64,000 bases of DNA from Candidatus Omnitrophota bacterium. Lineage in GTDB: Bacteria > Omnitrophota > Omnitrophia > Omnitrophales > Aquincolibacteriaceae. The position numbers and the translations under genes were made by a program. The notes under the pieces were generated by a model. That model saw only the letters and a program-made list of their open reading frames with translations. It was not told the DNA's origin and did no database searches. The DNA is taken from positions 14,330-78,329 of the forward strand of contig JAKLFP010000010.1 in NCBI GenBank assembly GCA_022711115.1, written 5' to 3'. Below, piece by piece: positions 13,282 to 22,856 of the stretch. Numbering within the stretch: position 1 is the first letter of the stretch; the number at the start of each line of letters is the position of its first letter.

Positions 13282-14697
13282 ATGGAACAAACGTTATTCG
13301 AAAAAATATGGAACACCCATGTCGTAAAGACCTTCCCGGACGGAACGGTGCTTCTCTACATCGACCGCCAATTGGTCCATGAGGTGACGAGTGCGCAGGC
13401 TTTTGAAGGCTTGCGTCTTTCGGGACGCAAGGTACGTCATCCGGAATTGACGTTTGCGACCATGGATCACAATGTGCCGACCGATGCTGATCGTTTCCAT
13501 ATCAAGGATTTGGTTGCGAAGGCGTCACTGGAAGCGCTTTCCAGAAATTGTAAGGAATTTGGCATTACCCTTTATGACTTGCACAGCGACAAACAAGGTG
13601 TGGTCCACATCGTCGGGCCTGAACTTGGAATCACTTTGCCGGGGACTACGATCGTTTGTGGTGATTCTCATACGGCCACGCACGGAGCCTTCGGGGCCTT
13701 AGCGTTCGGGATCGGAACTTCGGAAGTGGAACATGTGCTTGCCACCCAGTGTCTTTTACAGAAAAAGCCGAAAACATTTAAAGTGGAATTTACAGGCCAA
13801 GCAAAATATCCGGTCACGGCCAAGGACCTTATTTTGAAGCTGATCGGGATGATCGGCACTGCCGGAGGGACTGGTTTCGTTATCGAATTCTGCGGGGAAG
13901 CGATTCGCGCTCTTTCCATGGAGGCCCGTATGACCCTTTGCAACATGGCCATTGAGGCCGGGGCGCGTGCTGGCATGATCGCACCAGACGATGTCACTTT
14001 TCAATATATCGCTTCAGGCAATCGACCTTTTGCGCCAAAGGGAAAAGACCTTGAGAAATGCATGGCTTATTGGAAAATGCTGCCGACCGATGCAGGCGCG
14101 AAATTTGATCGTGAACTTTCGATCAATGCCTCCCAAATCGCTCCACAAGTGACTTGGGGGACGAGTCCGGGTATGGTTGCAGATGTGACGGATTGCGTTC
14201 CAGAACCGGATCAGGTTAAAGGGTACAGTTGCGCGGATGTGGAAAAGGCTTTGAAATACATGGGGCTCAAGGCAGGTATGCCGATCACAGATATCAAAAT
14301 CGATACGGTTTTTATCGGGAGTTGTACCAACGGTCGCATTGAAGATCTGCGAGCTGCGGTCAAATACCTCAAAGGTCAAAAAGTTGCTTCGGGAGTTCGC
14401 GTCTTAGTGGTGCCGGGTTCGCAGCAGGTAAAGAGACAAGCGGAAGCGGAAGGTCTGGATAGGATTTTCCTGGAAGCCGGTTGCGAATGGCGCGAAGCTG
14501 GTTGCAGTATGTGTCTTGCCATGAATCCGGACCAATTGAAACCTGGAGAGCGTTGCGCCTCAACATCCAATCGTAATTTTGAAGGACGGCAAGGGAAAGA
14601 TGGGCGAACGCATCTTGTGAGTGCTGAGATGGCCGCTGCGGCTGCGGTCGCGGGGCATTTTGTGGATATTCGAAAATGGCCGGAGGTGCATTCATGA
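13282..14697 (+). CDS. leuC: 3-isopropylmalate dehydratase large subunit
   Basis: Aconitase-family motifs ([41 protein letters not shown]); 471 aa. Confidence 0.95.
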   Translation: MEQTLFEKIWNTHVVKTFPDGTVLLYIDRQLVHEVTSAQAFEGLRLSGRKVRHPELTFATMDHNVPTDADRFHIKDLVAKASLEALSRNCKEFGITLYDLHSDKQGVVHIVGPELGITLPGTTIVCGDSHTATHGAFGALAFGIGTSEVEHVLATQCLLQKKPKTFKVEFTGQAKYPVTAKDLILKLIGMIGTAGGTGFVIEFCGEAIRALSMEARMTLCNMAIEAGARAGMIAPDDVTFQYIASGNRPFAPKGKDLEKCMAYWKMLPTDAGAKFDRELSINASQIAPQVTWGTSPGMVADVTDCVPEPDQVKGYSCADVEKALKYMGLKAGMPITDIKIDTVFIGSCTNGRIEDLRAAVKYLKGQKVASGVRVLVVPGSQQVKRQAEAEGLDRIFLEAGCEWREAGCSMCLAMNPDQLKPGERCASTSNRNFEGRQGKDGRTHLVSAEMAAAAAVAGHFVDIRKWPEVHS

Positions 14698-15335
14698 AAG
14701 CCTTTGAAAATTTCCGGGGTTTGATCTTGCCTTTGGATCGTGCCAACGTGGATACCGATGCCATTATCCCGAAGCAATTCCTGAAGTCCGTTTCCCGAAC
14801 AGGGTTTGGTGAAGCCCTTTTTCATGACTGGCGGTATCTTCCTGACGGGAATCCCGATCCTCAATTTGTCTTGAATCAGGAAGATTACCAAAATGCGACC
14901 ATCCTGCTTGCCAGGAACAACTTTGGTTGCGGTTCCAGCCGCGAGCATGCGGTCTGGGCTATTTGTCAGTATGGCTTTCGAGTTGTGATTGCACCTTGGT
15001 CCGGAGAAGGCAAACATCGAATTCCGGGTTTTGCAGATATTTTTCGCAATAACAGTGTCAAAAACGGCCTTTTGACCATCGAGCTTTCTCCGGAAAACGT
15101 AGAAAAGATTTTTCAGTCTATTTTTCAAAACCCTGGTTTGGAGGCAACGGTCCATTTAGAAGAGCAGACCGTTACCTTGCATGTTCCCCAGAACCAGACA
15201 TTTCATTTCGACATCGATCCCACCGTCAAAGCACGTTTTCTTCAAGGGCTTGATGACATCGGTATTACCCTTAAAGAGGAGAAGTGCATTGCTGCTTTCG
15301 AAAAAAAGCATCAAACGCAATTCTTTCCCATTTGA
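14694..15335 (+). CDS. leuD: 3-isopropylmalate dehydratase small subunit
   Basis: LeuD/aconitase swivel domain ([11 protein letters not shown]). Start reassigned to the ATG at 14694 (GGAGGTG RBS, ATGA overlap with the leuC stop). Confidence 0.9.
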   Translation: MKAFENFRGLILPLDRANVDTDAIIPKQFLKSVSRTGFGEALFHDWRYLPDGNPDPQFVLNQEDYQNATILLARNNFGCGSSREHAVWAICQYGFRVVIAPWSGEGKHRIPGFADIFRNNSVKNGLLTIELSPENVEKIFQSIFQNPGLEATVHLEEQTVTLHVPQNQTFHFDIDPTVKARFLQGLDDIGITLKEEKCIAAFEKKHQTQFFPI

Positions 15336-15486
15336 TCTGAGCTTCAAAGCCATCGGAAAAAGTCGCAACTCCAATTCTATCTTTTGTTAAGAAAAGCCTC
15401 AGTACAGCCGAAAAATGAATACGCCTATCTATGGCAGATCTCTCGGTAGGTCTGTCCTAGTGTCCTGAACCATTGACGGCAAAGGG

Positions 15487-16689
15487 ATGACTTTTATGGA
15501 AAAACTCAAAGATAAGACTACGCAAAGCAATCTTACTAATTCACAAGGTGTTTCAGCCCATCGGGTTTCAAAAAAATCCTTTTCTTTATGGGGATTTTTA
15601 AACGTTGCAGGACCGATGGCAGGCAGTGGAGAACATGGGAAGACGCTTTTGAAGGAACCTTCCAAGGGACCCGTTTTTCAAAACAGCCCCTCTAGCAATA
15701 CTTCCAAAGTGAGAAAGTGGGTGGGTTTGGAAGAGAAGGTTGTTCGGGATTATAAGAGGAAAAGCTTGTTCCCTTTTGAAAAATCAGTTCCGGCAACTAA
15801 GCCGGCGGCAAATGTTATAAAATCCCCGGCGTTGGAAAAACAAAAGACTGCGGATGCCTTTATCGCTCAAACAGTCACACTATCTTCAAGCCCACTTTCG
15901 AGACCTATAGGTCCAGTGACAAAAAAAAAGGAATCTGTCGTATGGATCTTTTTAACGTTTTTAATTCTAGCGGGACTTCCGATCGGGACTTTTGTTTTAT
16001 TTCATCCCGAAAAATTCCGCATTAAGACGGAAAGGATTTCGCAGGAAATGCTGGCAACACTAGCTTCAACGCAGGCTGAGAATAAAAAGCTGGAGAACGT
16101 CTACAGCAAACTTCAAAATGTGTCTACAGATCAACGCAATGAGATCCGTCGGCTCAATTTCGAATTGAGAAATTTATCAGAAGAGCTGAAATCGGTTCGG
16201 AAGAAAGAAACAGTTCTAAGCGCCAACGAGAAAAGCTATCGCAGTGAATTAATGCGGATTACGGCCCAATATGAGATTCAGCTTGATACGATGCGCCAGC
16301 AAATAGCGGGTCGGGATGAAATTATTATGGCGCTCAAAGCGCAGATAAAAGCTTTTGAAAAAATAATCGATGAAAGCGGTTTTGCCGGAGTGGCGGGAGC
16401 TGCTTCTCATATGGCTGTGCGCGGGCAGGCTTCAATGTCTTTCCAAGATAACCCTTCTGCAAACGGGAAAGTGACTCTCATTCACGACCGATATCGTTTC
16501 ATTGTGATCAATATGGGGGCCCAACAAGGCGCCCGTTTCGGGCAGAGGGTGAATATTTATCAAGAAGGAAGAAAAATTACGGAAGGTGTTGTGGACAGGG
16601 TCTATCCGACGATTTCTGCCGTCACGATTTCGGACCGATTTGGTTTGAGTATGATACGGGAAGGGGATGCCATTTCTTTTTCGAATTAA
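15487..16689 (+). CDS. hypothetical single-pass membrane protein with a long coiled coil; possible pilus-locus accessory
   Basis: One TM segment (WIFLTFLILAGLPIGTFVLF), a heptad-rich coiled-coil region, and a conserved-looking C-terminal beta-rich domain. Lies immediately upstream of pilM. Confidence 0.45.
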   Translation: MTFMEKLKDKTTQSNLTNSQGVSAHRVSKKSFSLWGFLNVAGPMAGSGEHGKTLLKEPSKGPVFQNSPSSNTSKVRKWVGLEEKVVRDYKRKSLFPFEKSVPATKPAANVIKSPALEKQKTADAFIAQTVTLSSSPLSRPIGPVTKKKESVVWIFLTFLILAGLPIGTFVLFHPEKFRIKTERISQEMLATLASTQAENKKLENVYSKLQNVSTDQRNEIRRLNFELRNLSEELKSVRKKETVLSANEKSYRSELMRITAQYEIQLDTMRQQIAGRDEIIMALKAQIKAFEKIIDESGFAGVAGAASHMAVRGQASMSFQDNPSANGKVTLIHDRYRFIVINMGAQQGARFGQRVNIYQEGRKITEGVVDRVYPTISAVTISDRFGLSMIREGDAISFSN

Positions 16690-16711
16690 AAAGATCTAAA
16701 GGCTAAGGGAT

Positions 16712-18238
16712 ATGGGAAAAGGTGTTGGTGTTTATATCGGCTACAGTGAGATAGTCGCCGTCTCTGTGGAAAAAAAATCGAGCGGCACGAAGGTTAAGAA
16801 TTTTGTGATCGAACCCATCCAGGCTGAGGGGATGCCAGAATCTGATGGCGGAAAATCCAGCAAAATCAAAAAAGTCAGTATTGTATCGAGTGCGATTAAA
16901 AGAGCTCTAGAAAAGATTAAAGAGCCCGGGGCGTATGTCAATGCGGCCCTGAGTCCTTCTCAGTCGGTGACGCGTCATTTTATCATGCCGACTGTACCGA
17001 AAAAGGATGAGGCTGGAGCGGTTTTTTTTGAGGCTAGCCGTTATATTCCTTTCAAACTTTCCGAATCTATTCTTGATTATTATGCGCAGTTGACCCATAA
17101 GAATGTTTTTTCTGTGATGGTGACAGCCGTGAGGCACGAGATTCTTCAAGCATGCCTTGAAGATCTTCGCGGGGCTTCAGCCAATGTGCTCATGATCGAA
17201 CCCGTTTATTGTGCTGTTGGCCGCGCGCTTCGGGCGTTTAACATGATCGGCAAGACCAAAACTTACGGTTTCATTGTGTTGCAGCAAGACGGAAACGTCA
17301 ATATCACGCTTACAGCCAATGGAATTGTTTATCTTTCCCGGGATTTTATTTTGAGTGGAAATATAGACGAAGATAAAAGTCGTTTCTATGAAGAAGTCAA
17401 AGCTTCGATTGATTACTTTTATAAAATGACCGGAGGCGAGGCGGTCGGGCAGATTTTTTTAACAGGTTCCGGAAATTTAACAACGTGGGTGGAGCATCTT
17501 GAAAGTTCTTTTGGTTATAAGATCCGGTTTGACGTTGCTCATTTTCCCAATGAAAAGAATATTTCTCAGGAAAAACAAAATGTCATTCTTATCGCTTATG
17601 GTTTAGCGCTTTGGTCTCTCAAGTATCCTTCTCCGTTAGGGAATATTAAACTTCTTCCCAAAGACGAACGAAAATCATCACTATCAAGCTTTCTGAGTTT
17701 TCTTTTCTTGGAATGTCTCGCAATCTTTTTAATATTTCTCTTCGTTCGCTTTGTTGCTTTTGAAACCTATTTTTTTCAGCTCAAGGGACAAAATAATTCT
17801 ATCTTAGAACCTTTAAGACGAGAAGACCCTCAAATGATTTCTCTGCCGCTTGCGGAGCTTCAGTCCGAAAAAAGCAAGCTCGATTCGCGGGCAAAACAAT
17901 TGAGTAATTTTTTAGCGAGCAAAACACTCTATTCGTCATTTTTTTCAGCGCTCGGGCACGGTGTGCCCAAAGCTATTTCAGTGGATTACATAACCTTTGA
18001 GAATGGAGAAGGTAAAACGCATGGGAAAAAAGGGAAACCCAAAAAACGCATGAACTTAAAAGGGCTTTGTTTTCTTCAAAGCGCCGAGAAAGAAGTGGCG
18101 ACTATCAATGCTTGGATAAAAAAAGTTTCCGAACAAAAAGTAATGGCCGAATATTTCACAGAAATCAAAATAGAAGAAATTGCGCGCGAAAAGTACAAGG
18201 ACAAAGATTTGACCAAATTCCAGATTTTAGCGGAGTAA
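16712..18238 (+). CDS. pilM: type IV pilus assembly protein PilM fused to a PilN-like TM/coiled-coil module
   Basis: N-terminal about 300 aa actin-like PilM fold. It is followed by a TM helix (FLSFLFLECLAIFLIFLFV) and a coiled-coil periplasmic segment typical of PilN. No separate pilN gene is present. Confidence 0.75.
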   Translation: MGKGVGVYIGYSEIVAVSVEKKSSGTKVKNFVIEPIQAEGMPESDGGKSSKIKKVSIVSSAIKRALEKIKEPGAYVNAALSPSQSVTRHFIMPTVPKKDEAGAVFFEASRYIPFKLSESILDYYAQLTHKNVFSVMVTAVRHEILQACLEDLRGASANVLMIEPVYCAVGRALRAFNMIGKTKTYGFIVLQQDGNVNITLTANGIVYLSRDFILSGNIDEDKSRFYEEVKASIDYFYKMTGGEAVGQIFLTGSGNLTTWVEHLESSFGYKIRFDVAHFPNEKNISQEKQNVILIAYGLALWSLKYPSPLGNIKLLPKDERKSSLSSFLSFLFLECLAIFLIFLFVRFVAFETYFFQLKGQNNSILEPLRREDPQMISLPLAELQSEKSKLDSRAKQLSNFLASKTLYSSFFSALGHGVPKAISVDYITFENGEGKTHGKKGKPKKRMNLKGLCFLQSAEKEVATINAWIKKVSEQKVMAEYFTEIKIEEIAREKYKDKDLTKFQILAE

Positions 18239-18248
18239 AAAGATTTAA

Positions 18249-18785
18249 ATGGCGCTATTACAAATAAAAGAACGACAAAAAGAAATCCTGGTTAAAGGCG
18301 CTGCAGGTGTCCTGACGCTTGTGCTCTGCTATCTTTTTATGATCCATCCCGTATTCAGCCAAATCAGGTTTCTCAAGGGAAATATCTCCGAATCTCAGGA
18401 AAGAATAAAACTTAGTGCCGCGATAAAAGAACAAAAGAAAAAGATGGTGAAAATGGAAGAAGGTTTAGCCTCGCTTCAAGAGCGGGCTATGATTCTTGGA
18501 AGAATTTCAGATCTGGCCAATAAAGCTAAAATGGATGTGCAATCTCTTACCCCTAAAACTCAGGCAGAAGGTAATTATACGAAGTTGACCGTGGAAGTGG
18601 ATGGTAAATCATCCTTTCTGGCCTTCCATCGCTTTTTACAAGAAGTGGAGAAAGCAGATCTTCCGCTTAATGTTAGAGATGTGTCGGTGCTCCGACAGCG
18701 TTTCGAAAATCAACCAAAAGAATCCCGGAATTTACAAGTGCACTTGATATTGGAAACCTATCTGATGCAAAACAAGAAAAAATAA
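18249..18785 (+). CDS. pilO: type IV pilus assembly protein PilO-like
   Basis: N-terminal TM helix plus coiled coil; 178 aa; position between pilM/N and pilP. Confidence 0.65.
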   Translation: MALLQIKERQKEILVKGAAGVLTLVLCYLFMIHPVFSQIRFLKGNISESQERIKLSAAIKEQKKKMVKMEEGLASLQERAMILGRISDLANKAKMDVQSLTPKTQAEGNYTKLTVEVDGKSSFLAFHRFLQEVEKADLPLNVRDVSVLRQRFENQPKESRNLQVHLILETYLMQNKKK

Positions 18786-18786
18786 A

Positions 18787-19290
18787 ATGTCTAGAAAAAA
18801 ATTGTGGTTTTTTTTAATTGTGTTCATGGGGGTGATGTTGCGGACTGTTTTTGTATGCGCAGAGTTGCCGGAGCCTTTACAGAAACAAAATGATGCTGAG
18901 GGGAAGGCAGACGTTGAGAGTTTTATCCAAAATGTTTCAGGACAGGTGCTGCAGGATCCTTTTGCGGATAGTTTCGGTATAGATGAACCTGTTGTTGCCG
19001 CAACCGACAAACCTGCAACCCCACAGATCACCGCGGTTCTTCAGGGGATCGGATCTGGCCAGGAGGATGCTTATGCTATCATTAGCGGAGACATTTACTA
19101 CTTGGGGGAAGAAAAAAATGGTATTAAATTGCTTGAGGTTCACAAGGGATGGGTCGATGTACTACTGAACGGTATTTCGAGCAAGCTCCAGTTGTATCCG
19201 GAGGAAGATCTTAAGAAGGCCCGCAGGGGACGCGTGAAAAGAGCGGCTGCGGGAGCTTCATCTTCGAATAATTCTGGAAATAAATTTTAA
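18787..19290 (+). CDS. pilP: type IV pilus assembly protein PilP-like (signal peptide/lipoprotein-like)
   Basis: Signal peptide with a Cys (VFVCAELPE); 167 aa; precedes the secretin. Confidence 0.55.
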   Translation: MSRKKLWFFLIVFMGVMLRTVFVCAELPEPLQKQNDAEGKADVESFIQNVSGQVLQDPFADSFGIDEPVVAATDKPATPQITAVLQGIGSGQEDAYAIISGDIYYLGEEKNGIKLLEVHKGWVDVLLNGISSKLQLYPEEDLKKARRGRVKRAAAGASSSNNSGNKF

Positions 19291-19319
19291 AAATAAAATA
19301 AATCGGGGTATTTAAAAAA

Positions 19320-21137
19320 ATGAAAAAACAAATGTTGCAGACAAGAAAAAGTCTTCTTTTTTTGTTTTTTCTTCTTGTCATTCTTTCCGGTATTTTAAAA
19401 ACGGAAAGTGCCCTGGCAGAAGAAAAAAAATCAGCTTCTGCTTCGGATGCGATGTCGCAAGTGATGCCGGATGTCAAAGCGGAAAAGACGGTTCAGGGGA
19501 GATATTACCTGGATTTCAAGGCGGCTTCTCTGATCAATGTTCTCAATGTGCTTTCTTCCTTAAGCGGTATTAATTTTGTGGCAGGACGTGAATTAACGGA
19601 CAGACAGGTCAATATGATTCTGGATAATGCCAGTCTTGACGATGTTTTGCAGGCCATCGCTAGAGGCTGTAATGTGGACTATGATTTTCTTCCCGGAAAG
19701 AATATTTATCTTTTTAGGGCAGCCGCGGATGGGCCTGAGAAACCGGCGCTGGTGACGCGAGTATTCAAGCTTTATTATCTTCAGGTGAGTGAGATGAAAG
19801 AAATTTCCGTTTCAGATTCCTCTTCCGGCAGTAGTTCCGACTCCAGTTCCGGTTCCGGTTCCAGTTCTGGCTCCGGCTCTTCTTCGGGCGGTGCTATGGG
19901 AGGCACATCGTCTTCAAGCTCGGAAAATGACCTCACCAGTTCTGCAATCTATAAAGCGATTGAAAAAATACTCTCTGAACGCGGGAAAGTATCCGTGGAT
20001 GATCGCTCCAACAGTTTAATTGTTACCGATAGCGAGGACCGGTTAAGGATGATTGAGGCTGCGATCGTGCAATTGGATCGTCCTCTTGATCAAGTGCTTA
20101 TTAACGTGATTCTCGTGGAAACCTTTGAGGACTTGGACAGGGAACTTGGGATCCAATGGGGAGACCCTCAAACGGGTGTTTTTGGAACGATCAGTGGCGG
20201 ATCACAGACAACCACCTTTCCATTCTTATCTGAAGGCGATACGACCTTGAATAACTCTATGTATGGCAGGGATATATGGAGCGGTATATGGAAAGGAGCT
20301 CAGCAGATACCCAAGCAATTCAATCCCGGCCATGCCACAGGGGATGTCACTGATGGAACACGAGATTTCACTTCTTTTCAGATTCAGATTAAAGCCATGG
20401 AGAATGCTACCAAGCTGAAAATTCTGGCGAAGCCAAAGATCCTTGTGCTGGACAATCATCCGGCGCTTGTCAAAATTGCAACGGACACGGCGATTGGCAC
20501 CACTTCGACGACAGCCTCGGCAGGAGGGTCAGCAGGGACATCGACCCAGAGCGCCGAAAGAACGGAGACCGGGACGATTCTTCGCGTGACACCGCTTATT
20601 AATACCGGAAACCGCATTACGATGACAGTGGAACCGATTTTTTCGACGGTAGATGTTTCCGCCATTCAAGTGGGTGATTTCCCAGCGCAGGATCCCACGG
20701 TGCGCACGGCTCGTACGACGATGATGGTCAATGATGGCCAGACGATCGCACTTGGGGGGCTTTTGATGAGTAACCAGTCTAATGAAAATCGAAAAGTACC
20801 TTTTTTTGGAAATATCCCTGGGATCGGAAAAGCCTTTTTTACTAGTAATTCCAAGAAACTCAAAGACCGGGAACTCATTCTTTTTGTAACGCCCTATATT
20901 ATTCGCGATCCATCCGTGCTTGAGACGTCCAATGCGCCTGAGAAACGAATGAGTTTTGATAATGAGACAGCGCCATTTTGGAAAGTGAAACAAAAGGAAT
21001 GGTATAGAGAAATGAAAGACGGCGCACCCAAATCGACGGAATTTGACCAGTATTTTGATGTTCGAAAAAAGGTCATGGATTCGGTGCTGACGACGCTGAA
21101 CGACGGCGGGCAGGTAGCAGCCAAGGCGTCTAAGTAA
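19320..21137 (+). CDS. pilQ: type IV pilus secretin PilQ
   Basis: Secretin C-domain motifs (GGLLMS...VPFFGNIPGIGKAF...ELILFVTPYIIRD), signal peptide, N-domains, and a Ser/Gly-rich linker. Confidence 0.9.
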   Translation: MKKQMLQTRKSLLFLFFLLVILSGILKTESALAEEKKSASASDAMSQVMPDVKAEKTVQGRYYLDFKAASLINVLNVLSSLSGINFVAGRELTDRQVNMILDNASLDDVLQAIARGCNVDYDFLPGKNIYLFRAAADGPEKPALVTRVFKLYYLQVSEMKEISVSDSSSGSSSDSSSGSGSSSGSGSSSGGAMGGTSSSSSENDLTSSAIYKAIEKILSERGKVSVDDRSNSLIVTDSEDRLRMIEAAIVQLDRPLDQVLINVILVETFEDLDRELGIQWGDPQTGVFGTISGGSQTTTFPFLSEGDTTLNNSMYGRDIWSGIWKGAQQIPKQFNPGHATGDVTDGTRDFTSFQIQIKAMENATKLKILAKPKILVLDNHPALVKIATDTAIGTTSTTASAGGSAGTSTQSAERTETGTILRVTPLINTGNRITMTVEPIFSTVDVSAIQVGDFPAQDPTVRTARTTMMVNDGQTIALGGLLMSNQSNENRKVPFFGNIPGIGKAFFTSNSKKLKDRELILFVTPYIIRDPSVLETSNAPEKRMSFDNETAPFWKVKQKEWYREMKDGAPKSTEFDQYFDVRKKVMDSVLTTLNDGGQVAAKASK

Positions 21138-21155
21138 GAAAGGAATTAGAAAGGC

Positions 21156-22856
21156 ATGCGACTCAATGTCCTTTTGGGAGAGTTGCTCATTGAGCGGAAG
21201 CTCATTACTTCCGCGCAACTTCAAAGGTCTCTTGAGGAACAGAAAACTTCCAAGGAACCTATCGGACAAATCCTCATCAAGAATAAGTTTATCACCGAAG
21301 AAGTTCTTCGTCGGGTTCTTGCCGAGCAGCTGGGCGTTTCTTTTCTTGCCCCCGAACAATTAAAACCGCGGACGGACCAGCGCCTTAAAGAATACTTTTC
21401 TATGGAATTTGCCCTGCAGCATATGGTGCTTCCTCTGGAACGAAAGGGACGCGTTCTGAAAGTGGCGTTGGCCAAAATGCCGGACATGATCTTTATTGAT
21501 AATCTGCGCAAGATCACAGGACTAGATATTCTCACCGTACTATCCTCGGAAAACGAACTTAAAAAAGCCATTGAGGCTTATTACCAAAGCACGAATCTTC
21601 AAGAGGCTATTTCTTCCTCCGCGGTCGACGAGCTGATCGAAAAAGAATATGTCCAGGAAAGGGTGATTGACGACCAGGTGCAGCTTGAAGCGACGATTGC
21701 AGAAGCCGAAAAAGCGCCTGTGGTCAGACTTGTGGATATGATGATTAAAAAAGCGTTGGAAGATCGTGCCAGCGATATCCATATTGAACCTTCAAGAGAT
21801 AAAATCACCATTCGTACCCGCATCGATGGTGTCCTCTACGAACTGCCCCCTCCTCCCAAGCAACTTCATAATGCCTTGGTTTCACGCATCAAGATTCTTT
21901 CCAAAATGGACATTGCAGAAAAGCGTATCCCGCAAGATGGCTCTTTTTCTCTTAAGTATGAGGATCGCAGGATAGATGTCCGCGTATCCACCATCCCGAT
22001 TATTTTTGGAGAAAAAGTCGTCATGCGTATTTTGGACAAACGTATGGAACTTTTGAACATGGAAAGCCTTGGTTTTGAACCCGACCAGCTGCGGCTTTTT
22101 GAGGAAGCCATCAACAGGCCGTATGGACTTATTTTTGTGACGGGCCCGACAGGAAGCGGTAAAAGTACGACACTTTACGCGGCTTTAAACAAATTATATT
22201 CTCCGGAGACAAACATTCTTACCATTGAAGATCCGGTGGAGTATCAGATCGCAGGTATCAATCAAGTCCAGGTGAAATCCGAAATCGGACTTACTTTCGC
22301 GGCGGGTCTTCGTGCATTTCTACGTCAGGATCCCGACGTGATTCTTGTGGGAGAAGTGCGTGATCTTGAGACTGCTGAAATTTGCATCCGCGCATCACTG
22401 ACAGGTCATCTTGTGCTTAGTACGTTGCATACGAATGATGCCATCAGTGTCCCGACGCGTCTTATTGACATCGGCATCCAACCTTATCTTGTGGCGGGAA
22501 GTTTAGGACTTGTCGCAGCCCAGCGTCTGATCCGTGTTCTTTGTCCGGATTGCAAAGAGCCTTACAAAGTCGATTCCAAAATAAAGGATGACTATAAGCT
22601 CAAAGCCGACACACTTTATAAAATGAAGGGTTGTCCCAAATGCCGAGGAATTGGTTATTGGGGACGCGCGGCTATTTACGAAGTTTTTCTGGTGGATGAA
22701 GACGTCCGCCGGCTCATTAATAAGGACTCCAATCTTGTGCAGATGAGGCAGCTTCAAAAAGAAAAAAAATATGATACCCTTTTCCAGAATGGCCTCAAAA
22801 AAGTGGAAAAAGGCATTACGACTTTGGAAGAAGTGTTGAGCGTGGCGTATGAATGA
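21156..22856 (+). CDS. pilB: type IV pilus assembly ATPase PilB (GspE family)
   Basis: N-terminal MshEN/GSPII domain; Walker A GPTGSGKST; Asp/His boxes; C-terminal tetra-Cys (CPDC...CPKC); 566 aa. Confidence 0.93.
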   Translation: MRLNVLLGELLIERKLITSAQLQRSLEEQKTSKEPIGQILIKNKFITEEVLRRVLAEQLGVSFLAPEQLKPRTDQRLKEYFSMEFALQHMVLPLERKGRVLKVALAKMPDMIFIDNLRKITGLDILTVLSSENELKKAIEAYYQSTNLQEAISSSAVDELIEKEYVQERVIDDQVQLEATIAEAEKAPVVRLVDMMIKKALEDRASDIHIEPSRDKITIRTRIDGVLYELPPPPKQLHNALVSRIKILSKMDIAEKRIPQDGSFSLKYEDRRIDVRVSTIPIIFGEKVVMRILDKRMELLNMESLGFEPDQLRLFEEAINRPYGLIFVTGPTGSGKSTTLYAALNKLYSPETNILTIEDPVEYQIAGINQVQVKSEIGLTFAAGLRAFLRQDPDVILVGEVRDLETAEICIRASLTGHLVLSTLHTNDAISVPTRLIDIGIQPYLVAGSLGLVAAQRLIRVLCPDCKEPYKVDSKIKDDYKLKADTLYKMKGCPKCRGIGYWGRAAIYEVFLVDEDVRRLINKDSNLVQMRQLQKEKKYDTLFQNGLKKVEKGITTLEEVLSVAYE

